Assembly: GCA_016190055.1 (NCBI GenBank)
Contig: JACPRH010000057.1
Coordinates: 2,434-66,433 of the forward strand
Direction of reading: 5' to 3'
DNA from: Nitrososphaerota archaeon
GTDB lineage: Archaea; Thermoproteota; Nitrososphaeria; Nitrososphaerales; JACPRH01
Length of the DNA stretch: 64,000 nt
In this document: piece after piece, positions 55,227 to 63,864 of the stretch
Position numbering within the stretch: position 1 is the first letter of the stretch
Layout: each line of letters begins with the position of its first letter
Translations under genes and position numbers: made by a program
The notes under the pieces: model-generated
What the model was told of the DNA's origin: nothing
What the model saw: the letters and a program-made list of their open reading frames with translations, nothing else
Databases searched by the model: none

Positions 55227-55243
55227 CAATTGCCTAGCAATTG
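55227..55243. promoter_or_regulatory. perfect 17-bp palindrome CAATTGC-CTA-GCAATTG in a divergent intergenic region
   Basis: Read directly from the sequence. It lies ~85-100 bp upstream of the phosphatase start (55144, minus strand) and ~125 bp upstream of the methyltransferase start (55369, plus strand). Confidence 0.25.
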
Positions 55244-55368
55244 ACATTTGCGAATCTACATATTGCCTATACCAGCTAACAAGTGAGTTAAAGCAGTCCT
55301 GCATAATCTTCAGCGGTGCCACTTAACGCATAATAGTGGACAACACAATACAGAAAATGTAGCCCAAA

Positions 55369-56139
55369 TTGCTTCGGATTCACGAAGGTTATGCGAATGC
55401 AAGGAGCTTCTTTACACCCGCCAACGCTGAAAGCTACGACAGAGTTGTACGCATCGCAACCTTCGGCCGAGACTCTGCGTGGAAACGTCAAATCATAAAA
55501 ATTGCCAACCTAGACAGCCACCGCACGATATTGGAGCTTGCCTGCGGAACAGGCATACTCTCCTCAATGCTTACAACCGCGGCGCCCTCAAACCCATTAA
55601 TGGAAGATGGAGGATCAGCAACTGTAGCAGGTATCGACCTGACATTCGAATACCTTCTAGCTGCTAAACATAAAATGATTTTGATGAAGCGCAGCCGGAA
55701 TCAACAGTCAAAGCAGAAGGCGAACGAAACACTTTCGCTTATTCAAGGCACCGCAGAGGTGCTCCCCTACAAAAGCAACTATTTTGATGTAGCTGTATCA
55801 TCATATCTCGCCAAGTACGTGGATGCTCAGCAAGTTGTCGATGAGTGCTGGCGTGTCTTAAAGCCGAGCGGCGCCATTGTTTTTCATGACTTCACATATC
55901 CTAGAAGCAGCACGATGCGCAGCCTCTGGAGCACATACTTCACGGTTCTCAGATCGGCAGGAAGATTCTCCGACTCTTGGAAAGTGGTCTTCAACCAGCT
56001 TGATAAGGTAATAAAAGAGTCAAACTGGGTGAAACAAACAGAAGAAGCACTCTACAACAGAGGATTCCAAAACATCGCCTGCAAATACTGCACCTTCGGT
56101 ACAGCCGCAATAATCTCCGCCGAGAAGAACCGCCGCTGA
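55369..56139 (+). CDS. class I SAM-dependent methyltransferase (UbiE/MenG-like)
   Basis: 256 aa: YDRVVRIATFGRDSAWKR (UbiE-type N-terminus), ILELACGTGILS motif I and LKPSGAIVFHDF. TTG start. Confidence 0.7.
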   Translation: MLRIHEGYANARSFFTPANAESYDRVVRIATFGRDSAWKRQIIKIANLDSHRTILELACGTGILSSMLTTAAPSNPLMEDGGSATVAGIDLTFEYLLAAKHKMILMKRSRNQQSKQKANETLSLIQGTAEVLPYKSNYFDVAVSSYLAKYVDAQQVVDECWRVLKPSGAIVFHDFTYPRSSTMRSLWSTYFTVLRSAGRFSDSWKVVFNQLDKVIKESNWVKQTEEALYNRGFQNIACKYCTFGTAAIISAEKNRR

Positions 56140-56310
56140 GCAGAAGATAATTAACCTCTGAACAAGCAGAGCAATGCCACTTCGATTTAGAAACGAGCAG
56201 ATGGACACATCTTTCTTTAGATTGATTAGAAGAAAAGCTGTTTTCGCGCCTGCATCTGCAAGCAGGTAAAAGGAAATAGTTTTATGAATTAGCCTTTACT
56301 ATGTAACTGT

Positions 56311-57459
56311 ATGAATTCTAGTGGTATCGAAAAATTGGCGATTCGTGATCTGAGTGAGGATGCGCATATAGTGGAGCCTGATATGCCCATCTCCAAAGTT
56401 ATAGGTCTCCTCAGAGAATGGAACGTCTATCAGGTTTTCATGCAGCAGGAGGATAAGGTCGGCATGGTCTCAGTTCGGGACATCCTGAAGGTGGATAACA
56501 CTACTACGCAGAAGATTGAGTCAATAGTCACCTATATTCCTAAACTGGGCCCATCAGATCGAGCGGAACGAGCCGCTGACATTATGGAGAAGTACCGCAT
56601 CAGAGCACTGCCGATAGTTGAAAACCGCGAGATAACAGGACAAATTACCGCCCAAGGCATTGTCAAAGCGATAGATCGCAATGAGTTGAGAAATTACAAG
56701 ATTGGCAGCATTATGACAGGAGAGCCTCTTGTCTTGAACACCTCGGATCCGGCGACCAAAGCTAGGAGCATAATGATACAGAAGCGGATCGACCATCTGC
56801 CGGTTGTTGGCGACGGAAAGCTAGCAGGTATAGTCACATCCAGCAACATCATCTACAGAATAATACAGCCTGAAAGTGTGGGAACTGGAGCAATCGGCGC
56901 GCCAAAGAAGAACCAGCTGGACTACGCCGTGACACGGCTTATGGAGACTGATCCGGTTACCTGCGGGCTCGAAGATAAGATATCCGACGTCCTAGATAAG
57001 GTGCAGAAACGCGGAGCCACCTACGCCGTAGGATTACTCTGGTCAGAAGTTCAAGGAATAGTGACCTACCGCGATTTTCTGAAGCTAGCTGTCGCCAAGA
57101 AAGACATGCTCGAAGTCCCAATGTACATAGTGGGTTTACCTGAAGATCCGTTCGAATCTGAGGCGACGAGAGAAAAGTTCCGCAACACAGTGTCCGCATT
57201 AAAGAAGGCGTTCCCAGACATCACCGAAGCTAGATCAGTAATCAAAACCAAGGAAATCCGAAGCGACCGGCGAAGATACGAGGTGAGCATCTTCCTAACC
57301 ACACCCACTGAAACCCACTCATACACCGAAGGAGGCTACGACCTCCCATCAATCTACGACATCCTCGTAGAACGCATGAAGCGGCTGCTACCCCAGAGAC
57401 CCCGACGAATGAAGCGGCCTAGCGCAAGATTCAGAGAAGAGGAAACCTCTTCACCGTGA
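56311..57459 (+). CDS. four-CBS-domain protein with a C-terminal HPF/RaiA-like alpha/beta domain
   Basis: 382 aa. Four CBS motifs (aa ~8-260; e.g. IRALPIVENREITGQITAQGIV, IDHLPVVGDGKLAGIVTSSNI). The C-terminal aa 269-360 (57115-57390) align in pattern with bacterial HPF. Confidence 0.75.
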   Translation: MNSSGIEKLAIRDLSEDAHIVEPDMPISKVIGLLREWNVYQVFMQQEDKVGMVSVRDILKVDNTTTQKIESIVTYIPKLGPSDRAERAADIMEKYRIRALPIVENREITGQITAQGIVKAIDRNELRNYKIGSIMTGEPLVLNTSDPATKARSIMIQKRIDHLPVVGDGKLAGIVTSSNIIYRIIQPESVGTGAIGAPKKNQLDYAVTRLMETDPVTCGLEDKISDVLDKVQKRGATYAVGLLWSEVQGIVTYRDFLKLAVAKKDMLEVPMYIVGLPEDPFESEATREKFRNTVSALKKAFPDITEARSVIKTKEIRSDRRRYEVSIFLTTPTETHSYTEGGYDLPSIYDILVERMKRLLPQRPRRMKRPSARFREEETSSP

Positions 57460-57687
57460 AAGGAACCGTTTAATGATGCCGCGCAGCTGCTTAATGAACA
57501 CAGGGTAGGAAGCAGGATGCTTCTGAGAGACGCTTCGGATAATCAGGATATCACCGTCAGAGATCACCCAAACTTGACTCCCCATACTGATCCCAGCCGC
57601 CTCCAAGAGAACCGGTGAAAGAGTAAGAATTCCACGTGGACCAAGCTTCGTACGAGATGTTTTAGCTTGAGGAGACATTGACCACAA
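57451..57687 (-). CDS. AbrB/MazE/SpoVT family DNA-binding domain protein
   Basis: 78 aa. KLGPRGILTLSPVLLEAAGISMGSQVWVISDGDILIIRSV fits the swapped-hairpin SpoVT-AbrB pattern. Confidence 0.55.
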   Translation of the reverse strand: MWSMSPQAKTSRTKLGPRGILTLSPVLLEAAGISMGSQVWVISDGDILIIRSVSQKHPASYPVFIKQLRGIIKRFLSR

Positions 57688-57765
57688 TCAGGCCTCACTA
57701 AGCCTTAAAACTTCTTCGAGCGAGCAACACAACAAACACGAACAGAGAAGAGAAGAGAACCAATC

Positions 57766-58662
57766 TCACAGTAATGATGGAGTTTCACGCCAGCCGCGGA
57801 CGTAGAAGGACACGTCCTCAAGACTGGACTCGACGCCGAACCGTCGTTTAAAGAACCTTAGAATGTTCAACACATCACGATCAAGGAGGGTATCAGCATT
57901 AGGATGCGAACGATCAACGGCTTGAGGCCAGTCTATTAGCCATACATCAGTCCCATCGAAGATTACGTTGTACTCGCTGAGATCCCCGTTTATCACGCCG
58001 GCTTTCAAATATGCGGCTCGAACATTAGCTAGTATCTTCAGCAGAACACCTCTTGGATCATTCATCTCAGCGACGTTGACAAGTATATCGCCATCAATCC
58101 GCGGCATTAGCAACGCGTGACGCTCCCGGGCAATTACTTTCGGAACTGAAACTGAGTACTCGACAAGCTTCCTAAGCGCGTTGTATTCAGTCTTAGCGGC
58201 CTCGATGCTCATCAGGAACCAACGACGCGGAGACTCGCCTGCAAGATAGCTCCGCTTACGTCTAATAGCGCGGAAGCTCGCTCTACCAATCCGGTAAAAC
58301 TTAATCGCATATGAAACACCCGCTTCAGTAATAGCCTCATAGACATCGGACTCCTTCCCCACTCCAATAGGCTTACCCAGCGCGGAAATCAGATCCCTGT
58401 TTGCAAAGGCGTTAAGCGCAATAGCGTCAAGACCCGCGGTAACGAGAGAGTACCCGTTCGGATTGCGCATCACCAAACCATCTCTTTCAAGCCGACCTAA
58501 GCGAAACTCAATCTCCTCAGCAAAAAGATCAGTAGTCTTAGTCATCTTCGCAGGCTGCACATCCTCTTTAGCAGGCAAGTTCCGCTCAAGAGCATGAAGA
58601 ATCTTCCAGTCCTCACGCTCCAGCTGCTTCACGAGCTTAGCGGCCTGATCCGCCGACGACAT
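57766..58662 (-). CDS. rio2: RIO-type serine/threonine kinase Rio2 (N-terminal winged helix)
   Basis: 298 aa: wHTH (WKILHALERN...GLVMRN), GVGKESDVYEA, YAIKFYRIGRASFR, NGDLSEYNVI and LIDWPQAV. Confidence 0.85.
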   Translation of the reverse strand: MSSADQAAKLVKQLEREDWKILHALERNLPAKEDVQPAKMTKTTDLFAEEIEFRLGRLERDGLVMRNPNGYSLVTAGLDAIALNAFANRDLISALGKPIGVGKESDVYEAITEAGVSYAIKFYRIGRASFRAIRRKRSYLAGESPRRWFLMSIEAAKTEYNALRKLVEYSVSVPKVIARERHALLMPRIDGDILVNVAEMNDPRGVLLKILANVRAAYLKAGVINGDLSEYNVIFDGTDVWLIDWPQAVDRSHPNADTLLDRDVLNILRFFKRRFGVESSLEDVSFYVRGWRETPSLL

Positions 58663-58781
58663 TCAAATCAGTCCTGACGCAACCATCTGCATGCACACAA
58701 CCGAAAAAGGTATTGTAATAAGAGATTTACGTATCCAACTCGACTACTTTTAGCTTAGCTAACCGGTCGCTCGTGTTCTTC

Positions 58782-60293
58782 TCAGCTTCGGAACCGTTCC
58801 AGTGAGATGCGCCCCTTCTCAGTTAGAACGTAGTACTGCCGTTCAGGTCGGCCGCTGACCTCTCGAACACCTGAGCGCCTCACCAATCCTATGCCTTCGA
58901 GCTCCTTCAAATGCTGGTAGACAACAGGAATCTTGACGGCCTTGCCGAACCGCTCCTCTAGCTGCTGCCGGATCTCGTAACCGTAAGCCTCCTTCCCGCT
59001 TAGAATCTCGAGAATCCGGAGCTTAGTTGGGCCCAACCGCGTGGTCAAGCTTCTATCCTCCACACTTCGAATCGCTATCTCAACCGATCTGGCCTTCTTC
59101 ACGAACCGTCGAGCCGCCGCCGGATCCTTCAACCCTGCACCAGTGATTACGCAGATAATCTCCTCGTCACGGTCAACTGCACCGGTCTCAACCAGCTTCT
59201 TCAAGCCGGCTATAGTGGATGCTGCAGCAGGCTCCGCGAATATCCCTTCACTCTTAGCTAAGAGGCTAGCGGCCTCCAAAATTTCCTTATCAGTTACTCC
59301 AGCACAGTCACCTCGCGACGATCTAATGGCGTCCAAAGCAAGATCACCCGCGGACGGAGACTCAATACTGATATCGTGCGCTAAAGTATCTGTACCATTA
59401 GTTATTCCTTCAACAGCATCCTCGTTTCGATTATACGCCTCAACAATTGGTGACGCACCAGCAGCTTGGATCCCAGTCATCTTCACGGTGGGCGGATCAA
59501 TGAGTCCGAGCTCGGAGAACTCATCTAACGCCTTCTTCATCATCGCCAAATGGCCTCCGCTGCCCATTGGAACAATTATTCGGTCGGGGAGCCGCCAACC
59601 CATCTGCTCAGCAATCTCGTAACCAGTGGTTTTCTCACCCTCCATGAAGTACGGGTTCTGCGTTGTTATGAGGAGGCTCTGCCGGTTGAGATGCTCGGCC
59701 CTAGCCACAGCAGACTCGTAATCCGGGGCCAGCTCAACCTTAGCGCCGAAGGCGATCATCTGGTAGAGCTTCCCTATATCTAGAGTCTTAGGCAGAAAAA
59801 TCGTCGCCCCAATACCGGCCTTAGCAGCGTAAGCGGAGAGAGAAGCACCCATGTTACCGGTAGCCCCGCAGCAAATCGATTCTGCACCCGACTCAACTGC
59901 TTTAGAAACAGCTACAGTGCAGCCTCTATCCACGAATGAACCGGTCGGATTCGTAGTCTCATCCTTAATGAGAATACGCTTCACCCCGATATGCTCGACA
60001 AGCCTGCTGCACTGGTGAAGATAGGTTCCCCCCTCCCCCAGCGACACAACATGCCTCAAATCACGTATCGGCAGCAGCTCAGAATACTTCCAGACGCTTG
60101 GTATACGCCGGCTGAGACTCTCGCGGCTCAGATGCTCAGCTACTCGACGGTAGTCATAACGGATCAGAAGGACTCCGCCGCATCGACGACAACGCGTTAA
60201 ACTGGCATCTAATGGATAGTCTCGGCCGCATCTACTGCATTTGGCCGCAACCGGGTCCGCGGGTGCCGCCGCCTCTGACATAGCCATCTTCAT
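58782..60293 (-). CDS. threonine-synthase-like PLP-fold protein lacking the catalytic lysine (SFVDRG), fused to a C-terminal PadR-type winged-helix domain
   Basis: N-terminal ThrC Zn ribbon CSRCGR...CRRCGG. KDETTNPTGSFVDRG, with codon GTG at 59930-59932 where ThrC has the PLP Lys. CGATGNMGASLSAYAAKAG, PMGSGG and ITGAGLKDP. The C-terminal ~100 aa read LRILEILSGKEAYGYEIRQQLEERFG...VVYQHLKELEGIGLVRR...RQYYVLTEKG (PadR). Start set at the ATG at 60293. Confidence 0.8.
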   Translation of the reverse strand: MKMAMSEAAAPADPVAAKCSRCGRDYPLDASLTRCRRCGGVLLIRYDYRRVAEHLSRESLSRRIPSVWKYSELLPIRDLRHVVSLGEGGTYLHQCSRLVEHIGVKRILIKDETTNPTGSFVDRGCTVAVSKAVESGAESICCGATGNMGASLSAYAAKAGIGATIFLPKTLDIGKLYQMIAFGAKVELAPDYESAVARAEHLNRQSLLITTQNPYFMEGEKTTGYEIAEQMGWRLPDRIIVPMGSGGHLAMMKKALDEFSELGLIDPPTVKMTGIQAAGASPIVEAYNRNEDAVEGITNGTDTLAHDISIESPSAGDLALDAIRSSRGDCAGVTDKEILEAASLLAKSEGIFAEPAAASTIAGLKKLVETGAVDRDEEIICVITGAGLKDPAAARRFVKKARSVEIAIRSVEDRSLTTRLGPTKLRILEILSGKEAYGYEIRQQLEERFGKAVKIPVVYQHLKELEGIGLVRRSGVREVSGRPERQYYVLTEKGRISLERFRS

Positions 60294-60354
60294 TCCTATA
60301 TATAGGCTATTACTTATATATGCTGGTACGGAGAGAACAGTCAAGGTATCACAC
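60294..60354. promoter_or_regulatory. 61-bp divergent promoter region with two TATA-like elements
   Basis: CCTATATATAGG (60295-60306, a perfect 12-bp palindrome) and TTATATAT (60314-60321). Assuming the usual ~25-nt TATA-to-TSS spacing, 60314-21 read on the minus strand suits a near-leaderless thrC-like mRNA. On the same assumption, 60296-305 read on the plus strand suits a TSS near 60330, upstream of GGAGAG and the ATG at 60355. Confidence 0.35.
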
Positions 60355-61122
60355 ATGGGCTTTAGACACAGGTTAAGCAGCCGAGAGCTCGCCGCGATGG
60401 GCGTCTTCACAGCCTTCGTCGCTGTAGCAACGATGATTGTCAGCGCCTACGTTCCCATTACAAGAGGATACTTCAACATAGGGGAAACTATGGTATACAC
60501 TGCCGCCCTTCTAATGGGGCCGATAGTAGGCGGCTTCGCCGGCGGAGTAGGCTCGATGATCGCCGATGTAGCGCTAGGCTATACAGCCTTCGCACCTGGG
60601 ACACTAATTATCAAGGGTGCCGAAGGGCTCATCGTAGGATACCTTGCCCAATATAGATTCAACTCAACCTCTAAAACACGAGTAACAATCCTAGCTGTTA
60701 CTGCCGGATTAATATTGGCGCTAGTTATCTGGTGGGGAGGAATATCATTCTTCACAGGAGATATAGAACTTACCTTCGGGGTCGCACCCAGCACCATCAC
60801 TCTGACACTCGGCGTTCCAGAGCTCTTCTGGACAGCTCTAGCGATAGCCGCCTTTCTACTGGTTACAACAGCTGGAGTCTACCTTGATCCACAAGTTAGC
60901 TGGCTAGTCTTCGTCATCCTACTAGGTGGCGCAGAGATGATAGTAGGATACTACTTCTACGAAACATACATCTTAGGCCAAGTACTTGCTGCAGCGGAGA
61001 TTCTCGTCAACGTAGGTCAGGTCATGATAGGACTAGTCGTTGCCATCCCTCTAGCTAGAAGCATAAACCGCATCATGCCGCGAAACCTCAGGCGACAACC
61101 AACCGTGGCCGAAGCAAAATAG
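60355..61122 (+). CDS. ECF-transporter S-component-like integral membrane protein
   Basis: ~255 aa with 6-7 TM helices. FNIGETMVYTAALLMGPIVGGFAGGVGSMIADVALGY...LIIKGAEGLIVGYL resembles vitamin-specific ECF S components. Start set at the ATG at 60355. Confidence 0.55.
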   Translation: MGFRHRLSSRELAAMGVFTAFVAVATMIVSAYVPITRGYFNIGETMVYTAALLMGPIVGGFAGGVGSMIADVALGYTAFAPGTLIIKGAEGLIVGYLAQYRFNSTSKTRVTILAVTAGLILALVIWWGGISFFTGDIELTFGVAPSTITLTLGVPELFWTALAIAAFLLVTTAGVYLDPQVSWLVFVILLGGAEMIVGYYFYETYILGQVLAAAEILVNVGQVMIGLVVAIPLARSINRIMPRNLRRQPTVAEAK

Positions 61123-61200
61123 GTACGCAAGCATCGTAATAAGCAAATAAAATAATAAGAATAACCGAGTCGAAGTCAAATCAGAAGGTTCAGTTAAAAA

Positions 61201-62226
61201 TTGAAGAAGAAGCTTCCACTCGGCAAAGTTCCGTTAGAGGTTCTTCAACACCATATCCTCCCCTTCAAAGGCCAAACCTCACCTGACGTAAGGGTTGGCC
61301 CCGGAGTCGGAATAGACTTCGCAGCGGTGCGGCTCAATGATCAGCAATACCTGATAGTATCCTCAGACCCGATAACCGGTGTCGAGAAGGACATCGGCTG
61401 GTACGCCGTCAACGTCAACGCGAATGATGTAGCGACCAGCGGAGCTAAACCTATGTTCCTAGACTCAGTTATCCTCTTACCTGAAGGCGCAGATGAAAAC
61501 CTCGTTCGAGAGGTGGCTCAGCAAATCGGGGAGGCGGCCAAAGAAATTGGGTTGACAATCATTGGCGGGCACACCGAGGTGACACCGGGGCTGAAACGAG
61601 TAACGGTGGTCTTAACAGCCATCAGCGTAACTGAGAGATACGTTACGGCAGGGGATGCTGAAGCTGGAGATGCTATTCTGATGACCAAAACAGCAGGTAT
61701 CGAAGGAACATCCATCCTCGCCAGAACCTTCCGAGACCAGCTGAAAGCAATCAGTCAAGAAACCTTGGATAAGGCAGATCAGATGATTAGGCAGATCAGC
61801 GTCGTCAAAGACGCCTCAGCCCTCTTCTCAACCGGTAAAGTGCACGCTATGCATGATGCGACGGAAGGAGGTGTCCTCGAAGCCGTTTACGAGATGGCTT
61901 TAGCCTCAGGCCTCGGCTTCACGTTAAACTTGAAGGATATTCCGATCGCATATGAAACTGCTGTAATATGCAGATATCTAAAGGTGGATCCGACTCGACT
62001 GGTCGGATCCGGATGCCTCTTAGCCGCAGTCGAGCAGAGCAATGTAAACTCTGTTTTGAAGGAGCTTAGCAGCAACGGTATCCGTGGAACAGTAATCGGG
62101 CGGTTCGGTGGTCGAGGCAAGAAACTGGTCAAGCCTGACGGCTCAGTTGAGGAAGCTGAGGCTGTTGTGCTGGATGAGCTCTGGCGGCTAACCGGAGATC
62201 AGGCGGACGCAGGTATACGTGCCTGA
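61201..62226 (+). CDS. AIR synthase-related (PurM/HypE/ThiL/SelD superfamily) ATP-binding protein
   Basis: 341 aa: GIDFAAV..., VSSDPITG, NDVATSGAKP, GGHTEVTPG and DATEGG. TTG start. Confidence 0.7.
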   Translation: MKKKLPLGKVPLEVLQHHILPFKGQTSPDVRVGPGVGIDFAAVRLNDQQYLIVSSDPITGVEKDIGWYAVNVNANDVATSGAKPMFLDSVILLPEGADENLVREVAQQIGEAAKEIGLTIIGGHTEVTPGLKRVTVVLTAISVTERYVTAGDAEAGDAILMTKTAGIEGTSILARTFRDQLKAISQETLDKADQMIRQISVVKDASALFSTGKVHAMHDATEGGVLEAVYEMALASGLGFTLNLKDIPIAYETAVICRYLKVDPTRLVGSGCLLAAVEQSNVNSVLKELSSNGIRGTVIGRFGGRGKKLVKPDGSVEEAEAVVLDELWRLTGDQADAGIRA

Positions 62227-63845
62227 TACTTTTCAACAGCAGCTGAGATTAAGCCTCTGAAGACCGGTTCAGGAACTCCGGGTCGACTTAGGAATTCAGG
62301 GTGATACTGAACCGCCACATAATACGGGTGAGATGGAATCTCTAACACCTCGATTCTTCTGCCGTGATCGCTGCTGCCGGAAAAGACCATTCCCTGCGCT
62401 TCAAACTTCTCCCGATATTTCTGGTTGAACTCAAAACGGTGGCGGTGACGCTCTCTAATGGCTGACTGTCCGTAGAGCCGTTTCGCGACGCTACTCTCCA
62501 TCAAATCTATATTGATGCCGCCTAACCTCATCGTTGCACCCATATCCTGAATACCCTTCTGCTCTGGGAGAAGATCAATGACAGGATGCGGAGTATCAGG
62601 CTCAAGCTCCGTCGAGTTCGCACCTTCAAGGCCGCAGGCGTGTCGCGCAAACGAGACTAACGCTAACTGGAAGCCGAAGCATAGTCCCAGATAAGGAATA
62701 TTGTTCAGTCGCGCATGGTTAGCTGCTGCGACTTTGCCTTCACTTCCCCGTTTACCGAAGCCGCCTGGAATTATTATTGCATCATATTTTGAGAGAAGAC
62801 TCACCGACTCAGGGTTTGCTTCGAACTTCTCCGCCTCAACCCAGTCCACACGTGCTCGGAGACCCTGATCAGCGGCAGCATGCGAGAGCGCTTCATTCAC
62901 GCTGACATAGCTATCTGCAAGCGCCACATATTTTCCAACCATCGCGACATTAAGATCCCGCGAGGTGTTCATCAGCGAATCCACCACCTTCTTCCAAGAG
63001 TCCCAGGTAATCTGCCGCTCACCGAGGCGAAGATGCTCGCAAACAGGCTGCAGAATTCCTTCGGACGCCAAGACCTGCGGCACCATGTAAATGGTCTTCA
63101 CATCAGGGTTAGATACGACGTTCTTCAACGGGACATTAGCGAAGAGAGAAATCTTGTCCTTTGACTCCTTCGTCAAAGGCATATGAGCGCGGACTACAAG
63201 CACGTCAGGCTGAATACCGATGCGCCTAAGCTCCTGAACACTGTGCTGAGTCGGCTTCGTCTTCTGCTCCCCAACCATGTCAAGCATCGGCGCCAACGTA
63301 ACATGAACAAACAACGTGTTCTCCAAACCGTCCTGAAGCCGCATCTGCCTAAACGCTTCAAGAAACGGCAGACTCTCAATGTCGCCGACGGTGCCGCCGC
63401 ACTCAACAAGCAGGACATCAACCTCGGTCTTCTGAGCCAGCTTGCGTATGCTCCTCTTTATCGCATCAGTAATGTTCGGGATAATCTGGACACAGCGGCC
63501 CAGATAGTCGCCTTTACGCTCCCGGTTAATCACTTCAAGGTAGATTTGACCGGTCGTAATGTTATGCGCCCTCGAAAGATTCTGGTTCAGGAAGCGCTCA
63601 TACGTGCCGATATCCATGTCGGTCTCGCCTCCATCATCCGTGACGAAAACCTCGCCGTGGATCAAAGGGTTCATAGTCCCAGCGTCCACGTTCAGATACG
63701 GATCAACCTTTACGCAGGACACCTTAAGACCAGTATTCTGGAGAAGCTTAGCAATAGAGGCGGAGGTCACGCCCTTGCCTAGACCAGACATGACGCCACC
63801 AGTCACAAATATGAACTTCGCTTGTTTAGGGTCAGGCACACTCAA
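62199..63845 (-). CDS. pyrG: CTP synthase
   Basis: 548 aa: KFIFVTGGVMSGLGKG, GTMNPLIHGEVFVTDDG, GGTVGDIES, and a GATase domain with GLCFGFQ and HRHRFE. TTG start preceded by GGAG. Confidence 0.95.
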   Translation of the reverse strand: MSVPDPKQAKFIFVTGGVMSGLGKGVTSASIAKLLQNTGLKVSCVKVDPYLNVDAGTMNPLIHGEVFVTDDGGETDMDIGTYERFLNQNLSRAHNITTGQIYLEVINRERKGDYLGRCVQIIPNITDAIKRSIRKLAQKTEVDVLLVECGGTVGDIESLPFLEAFRQMRLQDGLENTLFVHVTLAPMLDMVGEQKTKPTQHSVQELRRIGIQPDVLVVRAHMPLTKESKDKISLFANVPLKNVVSNPDVKTIYMVPQVLASEGILQPVCEHLRLGERQITWDSWKKVVDSLMNTSRDLNVAMVGKYVALADSYVSVNEALSHAAADQGLRARVDWVEAEKFEANPESVSLLSKYDAIIIPGGFGKRGSEGKVAAANHARLNNIPYLGLCFGFQLALVSFARHACGLEGANSTELEPDTPHPVIDLLPEQKGIQDMGATMRLGGINIDLMESSVAKRLYGQSAIRERHRHRFEFNQKYREKFEAQGMVFSGSSDHGRRIEVLEIPSHPYYVAVQYHPEFLSRPGVPEPVFRGLISAAVEKYQARIPASA

Positions 63846-63864
63846 CCGACTCCGAGGAGGATTA

